Source: a virus
Lineage: Duplodnaviria; Caudoviricetes
Length of the DNA: 64,000 nucleotides
Direction: 5' to 3' (one strand)
Virus record (IMG/VR): IMGVR_UViG_3300028833_000067
Location: 112,888-176,887 of that record
Positions 27,468 to 36,074 of the stretch are shown in pieces (the stretch's first letter is position 1; each line of letters starts with the position of its first letter). The notes under the pieces were generated by a model. It worked only from the letters and a program-made list of their open reading frames with translations. It was not told where the DNA came from and made no database searches. The translations under genes and the position numbers were made by a program.

Positions 27468-27806
27468 ATGATTAAAATCTACAGTGATAAGACCGGAAAG
27501 TTCTATAATACAGTAGACGAAGCAAATCGTGCTGAATTTGAACTGAAGGAAAAGGAAAACCTAGCTCGTATTGAGAAGGAACGCAAAGAGCGTGAACTCA
27601 AGGAAAAGAAGGATAAGGAAGCCGCTGAGCGTAAGGCTGCTGCTGAAAAGGTAGAAGCCGCGCGCAAAGCAATGGTAGATGCCCAGAAAGCATATAAGGA
27701 AGAACTGGATAAGTTCATTAAGACTTATCATACTTATCATTTCTCTTCTAATAATGTAGAAGATTTTCCGCATCTGTTTGACGTACTAAACGTATTCAGC
27801 TGGTAA
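27468..27806 (+). CDS. Coiled-coil hypothetical protein
   Basis: AGGAGG RBS; Lys/Glu-rich; no TAG. Confidence 0.75.
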   Translation: MIKIYSDKTGKFYNTVDEANRAEFELKEKENLARIEKERKERELKEKKDKEAAERKAAAEKVEAARKAMVDAQKAYKEELDKFIKTYHTYHFSSNNVEDFPHLFDVLNVFSW

Positions 27807-27812
27807 TGGCTC

Positions 27813-27837
27813 GGGCTGAGCCTAATCAGCCCTTTTT
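27813..27837 (+). terminator. Intrinsic terminator just upstream of the suppressor tRNA
   Basis: GGGCTGA-GCCTAA-TCAGCCC-TTTTT. Confidence 0.65.
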
Positions 27838-27841
27838 CTGG

Positions 27842-28104
27842 TGCCCTGCGGTCCGTGGCGGACAGACGGTCTCTAGGCTTAATTGGAGCCTTATATGGGG
27901 ACATATAAGTGAAAACGTCGCTAAGTCGGTGAAGGCTTAACTGCTAATACCGAGCAAGGGATAAATCCTATGTGTAGAGACTTTACACGACGCATCTAGA
28001 ACAGATGAAGATAAAGTCCAGACCACAATACGAAAGTAATGTGATATAGAAAACCGTGGCCTCTGAAGCAAACGAAGTTGGTTCGATTCCAACCAGGGCA
28101 GCCA
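27842..28104 (+). tRNA. Amber suppressor tRNA(CUA), presumably Gln; exons 27842-27874 and 28050-28104
   Basis: Acceptor TGCCCTG/CAGGGCA + G-CCA; D arm GTCC/GGAC; spliced anticodon arm ACGGT-CTCTAAA-ACCGT; T arm GTTGG-TTCGATT-CCAAC. Confidence 0.85.
27875..28049 (+). ncRNA. Group I intron (compact, 175 nt, IC3-like) in the suppressor tRNA anticodon
   Basis: P1 CTCT/GGAG with U.G at the splice site; P2 CTTATATG/CATATAAG; P3 CGTCG/CGACG; P4 TCGGT/ACCGA; P7 GACTTT/AAAGTC within GTAGAGACT and AAGATAAAGTCC; P8 CATCT/AGATG; P9 with GAAA loop; terminal G 28049. Confidence 0.88.
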
Positions 28105-28435
28105 TTAGGTTCTTCTCTCAACCTATCGCGACAATAGAGAAGCGGCATGAAAGCGCCGTATAAGTACTTCGGGCACTAATACTATGCCTTAGCTTGCCTA
28201 GGAAAGCAAAGTATCCGACGAGTTATAACGTCTGTAAAAATGATATAACCGTATTAATGCTACGTATGTGTATTCGCAGTACCGCTAAGGCGTTATGGAG
28301 CGGCGTAAGGTGTCACGATATCGCATCATTAGTGGATAAGGGAATTGCGAACCCTTATGGCCATGATTTTCCGTATTTTGAACGTCATTGCAAGTGGCTT
28401 AGTAGAAATGCGGAATTTTTTATAGGAGAGAGAAT

Positions 28436-28603
28436 ATGGAAGATTTAAAGAAAGAATTGGCGCGAGTAGGACTAGATAAAGATGATACAACTGAAAGTAT
28501 ATTACAGGAACTTGCGCTAGAATGGAATAGCATGTCCCAAGAGCAGAAAGATCATTTTATTGAATTATTCACTCAAGCAGATTTAAACAAAATAATTATT
28601 TGA
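28436..28603 (+). CDS. Small acidic hypothetical protein
   Basis: AGGAG RBS; 55 codons. Confidence 0.5.
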   Translation: MEDLKKELARVGLDKDDTTESILQELALEWNSMSQEQKDHFIELFTQADLNKIII

Positions 28604-28649
28604 CATATAATAAAATTTTTGTTATAATTTATTCGTAAGGAAGGGAGAG

Positions 28650-28760
28650 ATGAGAATGTTAGATGATTTCATTATGAATTTCTCTTGGGAAGAGCTTGAA
28701 GACGAATATTACACAATTGAAGATTTGGAAAATGATTATTTGACAGAAGAAGAAAATTAA
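28650..28760 (+). CDS. Very acidic 36-aa peptide
   Basis: Own promoter (28600-28628) and GGGAG RBS; MRMLDDFIMNFSWEELEDEYYTIEDLENDYLTEEEN. Confidence 0.5.
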   Translation: MRMLDDFIMNFSWEELEDEYYTIEDLENDYLTEEEN

Positions 28761-28781
28761 TGTATAATAAAGGAGTAAGAG

Positions 28782-28982
28782 ATGGAAAGTATTAAGTTTT
28801 GGTACAATTTCACCGATGAAAAGAAACAGATGCCTGATTTCGATTTTGATTTGTCAGTATCTGATGAAAATGGTGTTCATCTTGAAGATGTATGTGAGAC
28901 ATTTATTAAATTTCTTAAAGTAATTGGATATTCACCTGAAAAAGCAAAGGAATATTTTCCAGACGAGCTAGATTATGATTAA
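28782..28982 (+). CDS. Small acidic hypothetical protein
   Basis: Promoter 28740-28768; AGGAG RBS. Confidence 0.6.
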   Translation: MESIKFWYNFTDEKKQMPDFDFDLSVSDENGVHLEDVCETFIKFLKVIGYSPEKAKEYFPDELDYD

Positions 28983-28989
28983 TAAATAT

Positions 28990-29018
28990 TTGACTTTTCA
29001 CAGAATTTAAGATATAAT
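28990..29018 (+). promoter_or_regulatory. sigmaA-type promoter for the RNA cluster
   Basis: TTGACT-N17-TATAAT. Confidence 0.65.
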
Positions 29019-29161
29019 TAGTATGTTAAAAGGGCAGGAACGTAGTGTAGAGGTTCAAATCCTCTTGCGGTGGCTCAAAGTAACAAGTTGGTCACTTGTG
29101 CTCGCCGCACGGATATAGGCGATACCGCGTTTGGCAAGATCACCGCTTGCACTACTTATAT

Positions 29162-29238
29162 CGGGCACTAGCTCAGCAGGTTAGAGCAGCATCCTTATAA
29201 GTTGTGTGTCCCTGGTTCGAGTCCAGGGTGCCCGACCA
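29162..29238 (+). tRNA. tRNA-Ile(TAT)
   Basis: Cloverleaf; loop CTTATAA; encoded CCA. Confidence 0.85.
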
Positions 29239-29240
29239 AT

Positions 29241-29305
29241 TAGGCACGCGCAGCAAACTTTTTTTGAACAATTGTCTGCTAAACAATTAAGTTTATCGTG
29301 CCTAG
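29241..29305 (+). ncRNA. CAGCA-family RNA copy 1 (Ser-GCU anticodon-loop mimic)
   Basis: TAGGCACG/CGTGCCTA helix, CAGCAA, hairpin AATTGT-CTGCTAA-ACAATT. Confidence 0.6.
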
Positions 29306-29772
29306 TATTTCCCAATAGGGTAGCATGGATGAGCGCGAACTGAAGTGCTTGAGGGACAGGAACTACCATCTATAGGGCCTGTGAGTAAAGATAGATGGCG
29401 TGTGAGAGAAGGTAAACCTAGACTCCCCACTCAGCTAAACGGATTAGCAAAAGGTGTCGGCTAGGTCGCGGAATGGTTTTATCGGTTATACGACGGAGTG
29501 TGAAGGCAAATGGAAACCGAAGATAGCTATCGTTCACTGCTCGGAGAGACCGAGGATAAATAATCAAGCCCATTCTATGAAATGGTACGGCGCAAAGTTT
29601 TGGATGTTCTTCCAGCATTTGATCGGCGCATTATAAAAGAGGATTAAATCAAAGAATATTGTCCGAAAACCATAGGGAGGAATGGAGTTCCTCGGCGGCC
29701 AGTAAACTGCAATAAATGGTTCGATTCCATATGTGGCGTACCGATATGAAGTTCGGAGTAGGGCAATTTTAT

Positions 29773-29843
29773 GCGATTATAGTATAGTGGTAATACGCGG
29801 CCTTGCCAAGGCTGAATCACGAGTCCGAATCTCGTTAGTCGCT
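29773..29843 (+). tRNA. tRNA-Gly(GCC)
   Basis: Cloverleaf; loop TTGCCAA; U73; no CCA. Confidence 0.85.
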
Positions 29844-29847
29844 CTTG

Positions 29848-29967
29848 TAGACGTATCAGCAATCTTCTTTTGCATGTGAGAGCCCGTCAAGTGTTGGTTC
29901 AACTCCAACCCTCCCAACAGTTGGGAGGTCGCTCAATTGGCAGAAGCGCGGTTATAAGTACGTCTAG
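29848..29967 (+). ncRNA. CAGCA-family RNA copy 2 with permuted tRNA-like (YrlA-like) domain
   Basis: TAGACGTA/TACGTCTA helix, CAGCAA; T arm, then loop-closed acceptor stem, then D arm. Confidence 0.7.
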
Positions 29968-29973
29968 TTTTAT

Positions 29974-30046
29974 CGCACCTAGGACAAACAGTTAAGTCAC
30001 GGCGCTCATAACGCTTGAGGAATCGGTGCAACTCCGATAGGTGCTA
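29974..30046 (+). tRNA. tRNA-Met(CAT), possibly initiator-like
   Basis: Loop CTCATAA; C1:U72 mismatch; T loop TGCAACT. Confidence 0.7.
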
Positions 30047-30129
30047 CTCTCACCTTAGCAAAAGCGGTGACTAAACCGATGTGCGGCTAGCAACCTACTG
30101 CTATTTGGTGTATAAAGGAGGATGAATGA

Positions 30130-31833
30130 GTGAGAGCAGCAGTTTATAGTGGCACACGCAACATTTACGATAAAATGTTAATTGCGGCAAAATCTTTACT
30201 TATGCATTCAAATGTGGAAAAAATATATTTTCTTATTGAAGATGATTAGTATCCGTATGAGTTGCCAGAAGAAATAGAATGTATGAATATTAGCGGTCAA
30301 ACTTATTTTCCTAGTAGCGGCCCTAATTTTAATAATGTATGTACTTATATGGTATTAATTAGAGCCGCATATTCTAAAATATTTCCAGAATTAGATCGTA
30401 TTTTAAGTATTGACATGGATACCGTTGTTAATGAAAATATATCTGATTTATGGGATTTAGATTTAACAGATTATTATTTGGCCGCGGTTGAAGAATAGGA
30501 ACTATCAGAAAAAGAAGGCTCCTATATCAATATGGGTGTGGCAATGTTAAATCTAAAAAAAATTCGTGAAGATAAAAAAGATGATGAATTAATTAGTTCT
30601 TTAAATAATTATTGGTATAGATATAAAGAACAAGATTGTTTCAATGAAGTTTTTCGTGGAAATATTTTAATTTTACCAAGTGATTATAATGCGTGTATTT
30701 AGGCGGCTCCACCCAAACATGAGAAGATTACTCATTTTGCTGGACATTATGAATTAAATAAATTTCCTCATTTTAATTATTATAAAGAATTACCCATAGC
30801 TGAACTATAGAGAAATGTTCCAACACCAGTTACTTTAGATATTATTATTCCAACATATAAAAATAAAAAAGGATTAAGACGAACATTAAATTCTATTCCT
30901 TCTAATCCAAATGTTAATGTAATAGTAGTTGATGATGCATCAGAGTTAGATTATTCTGATATATTAATAGATTATCCTCAATTACATTTTTATTCATTAT
31001 CAATTAATCAAGGGCCAGGTATGGCTCGACAATATGGATTAGAACACAGTAATGGAATGTATATTACATTCCTTGATACTGGTGATTATTTTTATGAAAA
31101 TGGACTTCAAACTATATTAAATGCTATTAATGAAAATACATACATTAAACTATATACATTTTCTTATGTATATGATGATAGGAATATATTAAGTGATAGG
31201 CCAGATGATAAAACTATTGGGTCGGTATATAAACGTTCTTTTATTGAAATGTATAATATTCATTTTAGTAAAGAAGGTTCATACGCTAATGAGGATTATG
31301 GTTTTAGTCGTGCTTGTAAATTAATTTTAGATTAGTGGGAAAGATACCATTTTTCAGATGCTAGAAAGCATATAAAAATACCAGTATTTTATGAGCATAT
31401 TGATTCTCATTCTTTAACAAAAGCAAATAATGATGAATTTTTCTTTACCAAATTAAGTCCAGGAATTATTACAAATGGGATTCACGCAATCAATATCGCG
31501 CGAAAAGCGGGCATTAAAGAAGAATATTTAATAGAAGAATATAATTATATTATGGCTCAAGAATATTTCTTCTTTTTATGTATAATATAGGAACGTCCAG
31601 ATTTAGCTGATGATATATGGACAGTGATACGTAATTATTATTTAAATTGTTATCGTACGTATGAAAAATTTGCTTTACGAAATTTATCTACTTATTTCTC
31701 TTAGGTTAGTTTACCAAGAATTCGTAGTAGAATGAAGCGCTGGCCAAAAAATATTTCTTTTAATATTATGCGCTTTATTAAAGAATTACAAAATGAAGAA
31801 TTTACCCCAATTAGATATTTGACTTTAAATTAA
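30130..31833 (+). CDS. Fused glycosyltransferase GT8 + GT2
   Basis: ORFs 30262 and 31021 in frame via TAG; GT8 SIDMD, YINMGV, EQDCFN; GT2 IIIPTY, VVDD, FLDTGD. Confidence 0.8.
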
Positions 31834-31960
31834 ATTTAATGTATAATTATTATGTTGAGAGGGAGAAATTCCTCTTATATGGGTAGCGTTGGAGTCATGA
31901 CCAACGAGGTGAAGATGCTCCTATCATCGGCCATAATTTTAATTCATAGGAGGAATTATT

Positions 31961-32566
31961 ATGAGTAGAGCAGAAGATGTAAGTAATTATCGTAGAAGAA
32001 GAAAACAAAATCTTATTGAGGTTTTGGGTGGAAAATGTTAGATATGTGGTTTTGATTTATTTGCAGATGCATTAGAATTTCATCATGAAGACCCGACTAA
32101 AAAAGATTATGGAATTTCTTCAAAAGGGACTTGCCATGATATTGAAACTGACCTGAATGAAGTAAAAAAATGTTTTTTATTGTGTGCAAATTGTCATAGA
32201 GGAGTTCATAGTGGTTATTATGATGCTCCTACAGAACATATATTCAATAATGAATTAGCGCAAAGATTAATTAATGAACGCAATGATAAAATGACTGCTA
32301 AATTAAATTATTGTATTGATTGTCATTGTCAAATAGACTCTACAGCAACTCGCTGTCCAAGTTGTGCAGCAAAAGCCAGACGAGTTTGTGAAAGACCTTC
32401 ACGAGAAGAATTAAAGAAATTAATTCGCACATTACCATTTACTCAAATTGGAGAACATTTTGGCGTTAGAGATAATACAATACGTAAATGGTGTGATAAT
32501 ATGAATTTACCAAAAACTAAAAAAGAAATTAATTCTTACTCTGATGAAGAATGGGAAAAAATTTAA
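31961..32566 (+). CDS. HNH endonuclease with Zn-ribbon/HTH C-terminus
   Basis: AGGAGG RBS; KC(TAG=Q)ICG...LEFHH...LLCANCHRGVH. Confidence 0.8.
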
Positions 32567-32569
32567 TTT

Positions 32570-32598
32570 TTGACTTTCTTACAAAAATATACTATAAT
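32570..32598 (+). promoter_or_regulatory. sigmaA-type promoter
   Basis: TTGACT-N17-TATAAT. Confidence 0.6.
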
Positions 32599-32617
32599 AT
32601 ATTTGTAAGAAAGGTAT

Positions 32618-32735
32618 GGGAGATTCGCTAATCGGAATAGCACGCGGCTGGCCTGATACCAAAGAGATATAATAGGGGCAGGTCCTATATCAGACAATTA
32701 ACCGCGCCAGAGAGGTTCAACTCCTCTATCTCCCG
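32618..32735 (+). tRNA. tRNA-Asn(GTT) with a 47-nt insertion (32651-32697) in the anticodon loop
   Basis: Acceptor GGGAGAT/ATCTCCC + G73; D arm GCTA/TAGC; stem CGCGG/CCGCG; CTG|insert|TTAA; T arm AGAGG-TTCAACT-CCTCT. Confidence 0.75.
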
Positions 32736-32830
32736 CTCGTGCTTTGATGACCAAATGTAGCTTGGCAGTAAATAAACATTAATGCAGATGTGGGGTTATG
32801 ATGAAAGCCTTTACCTTAAAAGGCTATTAT

Positions 32831-32905
32831 GCCCTATTGGACAATCGGTTAAGTCACGTGCCCTTCAAGCACGAGGGCCCGGATCATCCCCGGGATAGGG
32901 TACCA
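32831..32905 (+). tRNA. tRNA-Glu(TTC), atypical T loop
   Basis: GCCCTAT/ATAGGGT-A-CCA; CGTGC-CCTTCAA-GCACG; T loop ATCATCC. Confidence 0.75.
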
Positions 32906-33161
32906 TTCAACCACATAAAGCCTGAATTGACAGGATATGACTGGCCAGTTGAGGTCTGGCGGCATACCCAGTGTGGACTTGTTGAAGCATTGGATATGTG
33001 TCTCGTGAGCGATGACAGCCGTGGTGAGGCAACTATGCCAAAAGAGTGATACTAAAATAGTAAGTGTGTGGAAAGGATGGATTCCCACTAACCTACGGGT
33101 AGCGCCCGCTTAGTCATTTAGTAGCACACTATAATAAAAAGACAACGAAAGTAAGTGGGTC

Positions 33162-33225
33162 AGGCGCATACAGCAAATTCTTATAAGATATTGATAATAT
33201 TTATGGCTACATTATTTGCGCCTAG
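33162..33225 (+). ncRNA. CAGCA-family RNA copy 3 (Ile-GAU anticodon-loop mimic)
   Basis: AGGCGCA/TGCGCCT helix, CAGCAA, AGATA-TTGATAA-TATTT. Confidence 0.55.
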
Positions 33226-33833
33226 TATTTTTGGTAGTATGCTAGAGCCATCGCGAGGAGAGTTATCTATAACATCCTACGTTCTACCATATGAGATGGC
33301 CACCGCCCCTGCGCTTCGGAAAGCGGTATATAAATTGGAGTAGGGCCACCCGCTATAGGGGATGGAGAAATATGTAGCTTGCGCTTTCGATGCACAGTGG
33401 CAGTAGCAAGTAAAAAATAGACCATCTGGCCGTGCAATAGAGCAGTAAAGTGTACGTTAAAGAATCGGATTCTGCTATGGGTTGTGTTTAATGAGCACGA
33501 TCTTCGTATATACTACGATCTCCAGTATGAGGAAAAACTACCGTTTGGATTGGTTGTAAGGCCATGGTCCACCCCTACGCCGGACACCGCTGAGACGTGC
33601 AGCAACCGCGCCGTAGATGAGTTTCTCTTGACTCTGGGATGTTCCCTAAATAAGAGCGGGATGAATATCCCGCAAATGGTCCCCGAGACAGTAAAGCTGG
33701 CGTTTCTAGAGCGCAAAGATAGTTCGCATACGGGGTTACATACTATCATAAGTACAGGAGCGATGAGCAGTTATTTCGCTTAATATTCGACTAGACCATG
33801 GACGCATGGCGGACAAATCCTGTATTTTTCTAT

Positions 33834-33916
33834 GCCCAAGTGGCGTAACGGCAGCCGCCAGGGACTTAAAATCCCTTGCTCGTATGAGCGTGCCGGTTCG
33901 AATCCGGCCTTGGGCA
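33834..33916 (+). tRNA. tRNA-Leu(TAA)
   Basis: Cloverleaf with long variable arm; loop CTTAAAA. Confidence 0.88.
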
Positions 33917-33966
33917 CTTTCCATTAGGTGGAGCTTGGAACCTACCGCCTTTTGGCTGTGATGTAC

Positions 33967-33996
33967 GGGACGTCATAATTTGGCGTCCCTATTTTT
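33967..33996 (+). terminator. Intrinsic terminator
   Basis: GGGACGTCA...TGGCGTCCC followed by TATTTTT. Confidence 0.65.
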
Positions 33997-34018
33997 AAAT
34001 CAAAAAGGAGGAATTTTT

Positions 34019-34393
34019 ATGAAGAAATTTATCGCACTACTAATAACTTTTATGCTATGTTTTTCTTTAACTTATGCAGAATAGACTGAAGACGTAATAA
34101 GTAAACCGCATTCTGAAACCGTAACAGTTCTGGCACCAAAAGGTGATTGGAGCGTAACCATCACTTCATCCTTAGATGGAAAAGAAAGTGTTATATCTGG
34201 TACAGAAGTAACTTTAACTGCGCACTTTTCTGGCAAGCGTGAAGGCGATACTTTACAGTATATTTGGCAAGAGCGCAAGAGTGAAAACGATAAGTGGAAG
34301 GAAATTGGTACAGATTCTACCGAATATAAATTTAATATTACAGCTGAAAATGTAACACATCAATGGCGAGTAATAGTTCGTGTGACTTGGTAA
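34019..34393 (+). CDS. Secreted Ig-like domain protein
   Basis: Signal peptide MKKFIALLITFMLCFSLTYAE; VTLTAH...YIWQ...W..I; one TAG. Confidence 0.7.
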
Positions 34394-34406
34394 GGAAGGT
34401 GGGAGT

Positions 34407-35720
34407 ATGAAGAAACTCATAGCATTCCTTTTATGCTTCCTACTAGGCTCCGTAAGCTATGCAGAAGAGTTAATTACTTCTGAATTATTTTTTACTAATA
34501 TACATATAATTCCAACATCGAATTATGTAGTAAAATAGTCTAATTTAAATGATTTTAGTATAGTAGCGTTACAAGATGCTACTATACAAGGTCATATTCG
34601 TGGCTCTCTTTGGGTTGGGGGAACTTTAAGAAGTGCTGATTGGATATTTGTAGATGATGGGTCTATCAATCATTCAGGCGCGAAAACCAGTTATATTTAT
34701 AACAATGAGTCCTCAATCCAATTTAAAAGTAGAACTAGCGAGCAGAGTAAATACGCATATAATGGATTAACAGATGAGGCGGTACATAAGACTACTAATT
34801 ATTGGATAAATATACTTGATAAATTAAAAGAGAGTAATTGTGTTTATATTGAGCCAGATAGTAATGGACATGCTGATATTGTAGGTTGGTCGACGCCTGG
34901 TATTACGCAATATCAGGCGCAGGGAAATGATGAAACAAAACAATCAAGTAATATTGTATATTGGACTGATGCTACATCAGTAACAATTGCAGGAATTATT
35001 GGGTTCGTTATAGCGCCAAAAGCAAATATAATAATACAATCTTCTAATAATAGAATTTCTGTAGTAGGTAAGACAGTAACAGTTAATTGGGCGGAATTAC
35101 ATGTAAATTATGGTATTCCTAATATTCCTACCCCAACTCCGTCTCCTACTCCAACTCTATCTCCTACCCCGACTCCAACTACAACTGCAACGCCTACTGC
35201 AACACCTACTTAGACATTTACTCCAACGCCTAAAATAACTAATAGTCCATCGCCAACTCCTACTAATAAAATACCAAGCCCAATATTAACTCCAGTTATT
35301 ACAATAGTAACAATTGTTACTTATACTCCATAGCCTAAAATTACTCCAACACCTACTACAACTTTAGTTAAAACAAATACACCACGACCAAGTTTAATTC
35401 CATTAACTCCAACTCCAACCCCAACTCCTAAAATTACTATAACTCCAACACCAACCCATACATCAACTCCTAAGATTACAAATACTCCATCTAATACTCC
35501 TATTATAACACCCAAACCAACCCCAACTTTTACCCCAAAAAAGACTCCATCTACACCTACTATTATACCTACTTCTACTCCTACCCCTACTATAACGCCT
35601 ACTATTGATCCAAAACGGATTCCAAAAAGACCTGGCATACCAATTCATATTATTAATGAATATGATACGCCACTAGGTTTAGAAATTATAATAAATCATG
35701 TAGGAGATTGTTTTGATTAA
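34407..35720 (+). CDS. Secreted surface protein: beta-rich N-domain, Thr/Pro mucin-like stalk, C-terminal YDTPLG...HVGDCFD motif
   Basis: Signal peptide [20 protein letters not shown]; PT repeats ~35125-35610; several TAG. Confidence 0.7.
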
Positions 35721-35842
35721 TGTATTTTATTATTCATACTTTGCTTGAAACAGATATAGGCTTAATTTTAGTAGGGCTTTTAATATTTATAGGACTAGTA
35801 GTAGAATTTTTAGATAACAATAATAATAGACCACAATTTTAA
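35720..35842 (+). CDS. Small membrane peptide
   Basis: TAATG coupling; single hydrophobic helix. Confidence 0.45.
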   Translation: MYFIIHTLLETDIGLILVGLLIFIGLVVEFLDNNNNRPQF

Positions 35843-35845
35843 TAT

Positions 35846-35874
35846 TTGACTTATAATAAAAATTTTGTTATAAT
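35846..35874 (+). promoter_or_regulatory. sigmaA-type promoter
   Basis: TTGACT-N17-TATAAT with TG extension. Confidence 0.65.
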
Positions 35875-36001
35875 ATTTATGTTGAAAGGGAAACTGAGTA
35901 AAAGTCCTTTACAGTTTGGCGCCATCCCAGTTAGGACTCTAAACTGAACTGTTGTAAGACCGCCGCCCAGCTTAGGGGATGTAAAATATACTAAGCAATA
36001 T

Positions 36002-36074
36002 GCTTCCATAGCTCAACTGGCAGAGCAATACTCTTGTAAAGTATAGGTTGTAAGTTCGATTCTTACTGGGAGCT
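36002..36074 (+). tRNA. tRNA-Thr(TGT)
   Basis: Cloverleaf; loop CTTGTAA. Confidence 0.88.

Noticed and set aside
27842-28104. Pyrrolysine tRNA
   Set aside because: It shares the CUA loop but has a canonical T loop and a long variable region; TAG aligns with Gln in protein motifs and no pyl genes are seen.
35321-35648. Minus-strand Val/Gly-rich ORFs
   Set aside because: Antisense shadow of the Thr/Pro repeat in 34407..35720.
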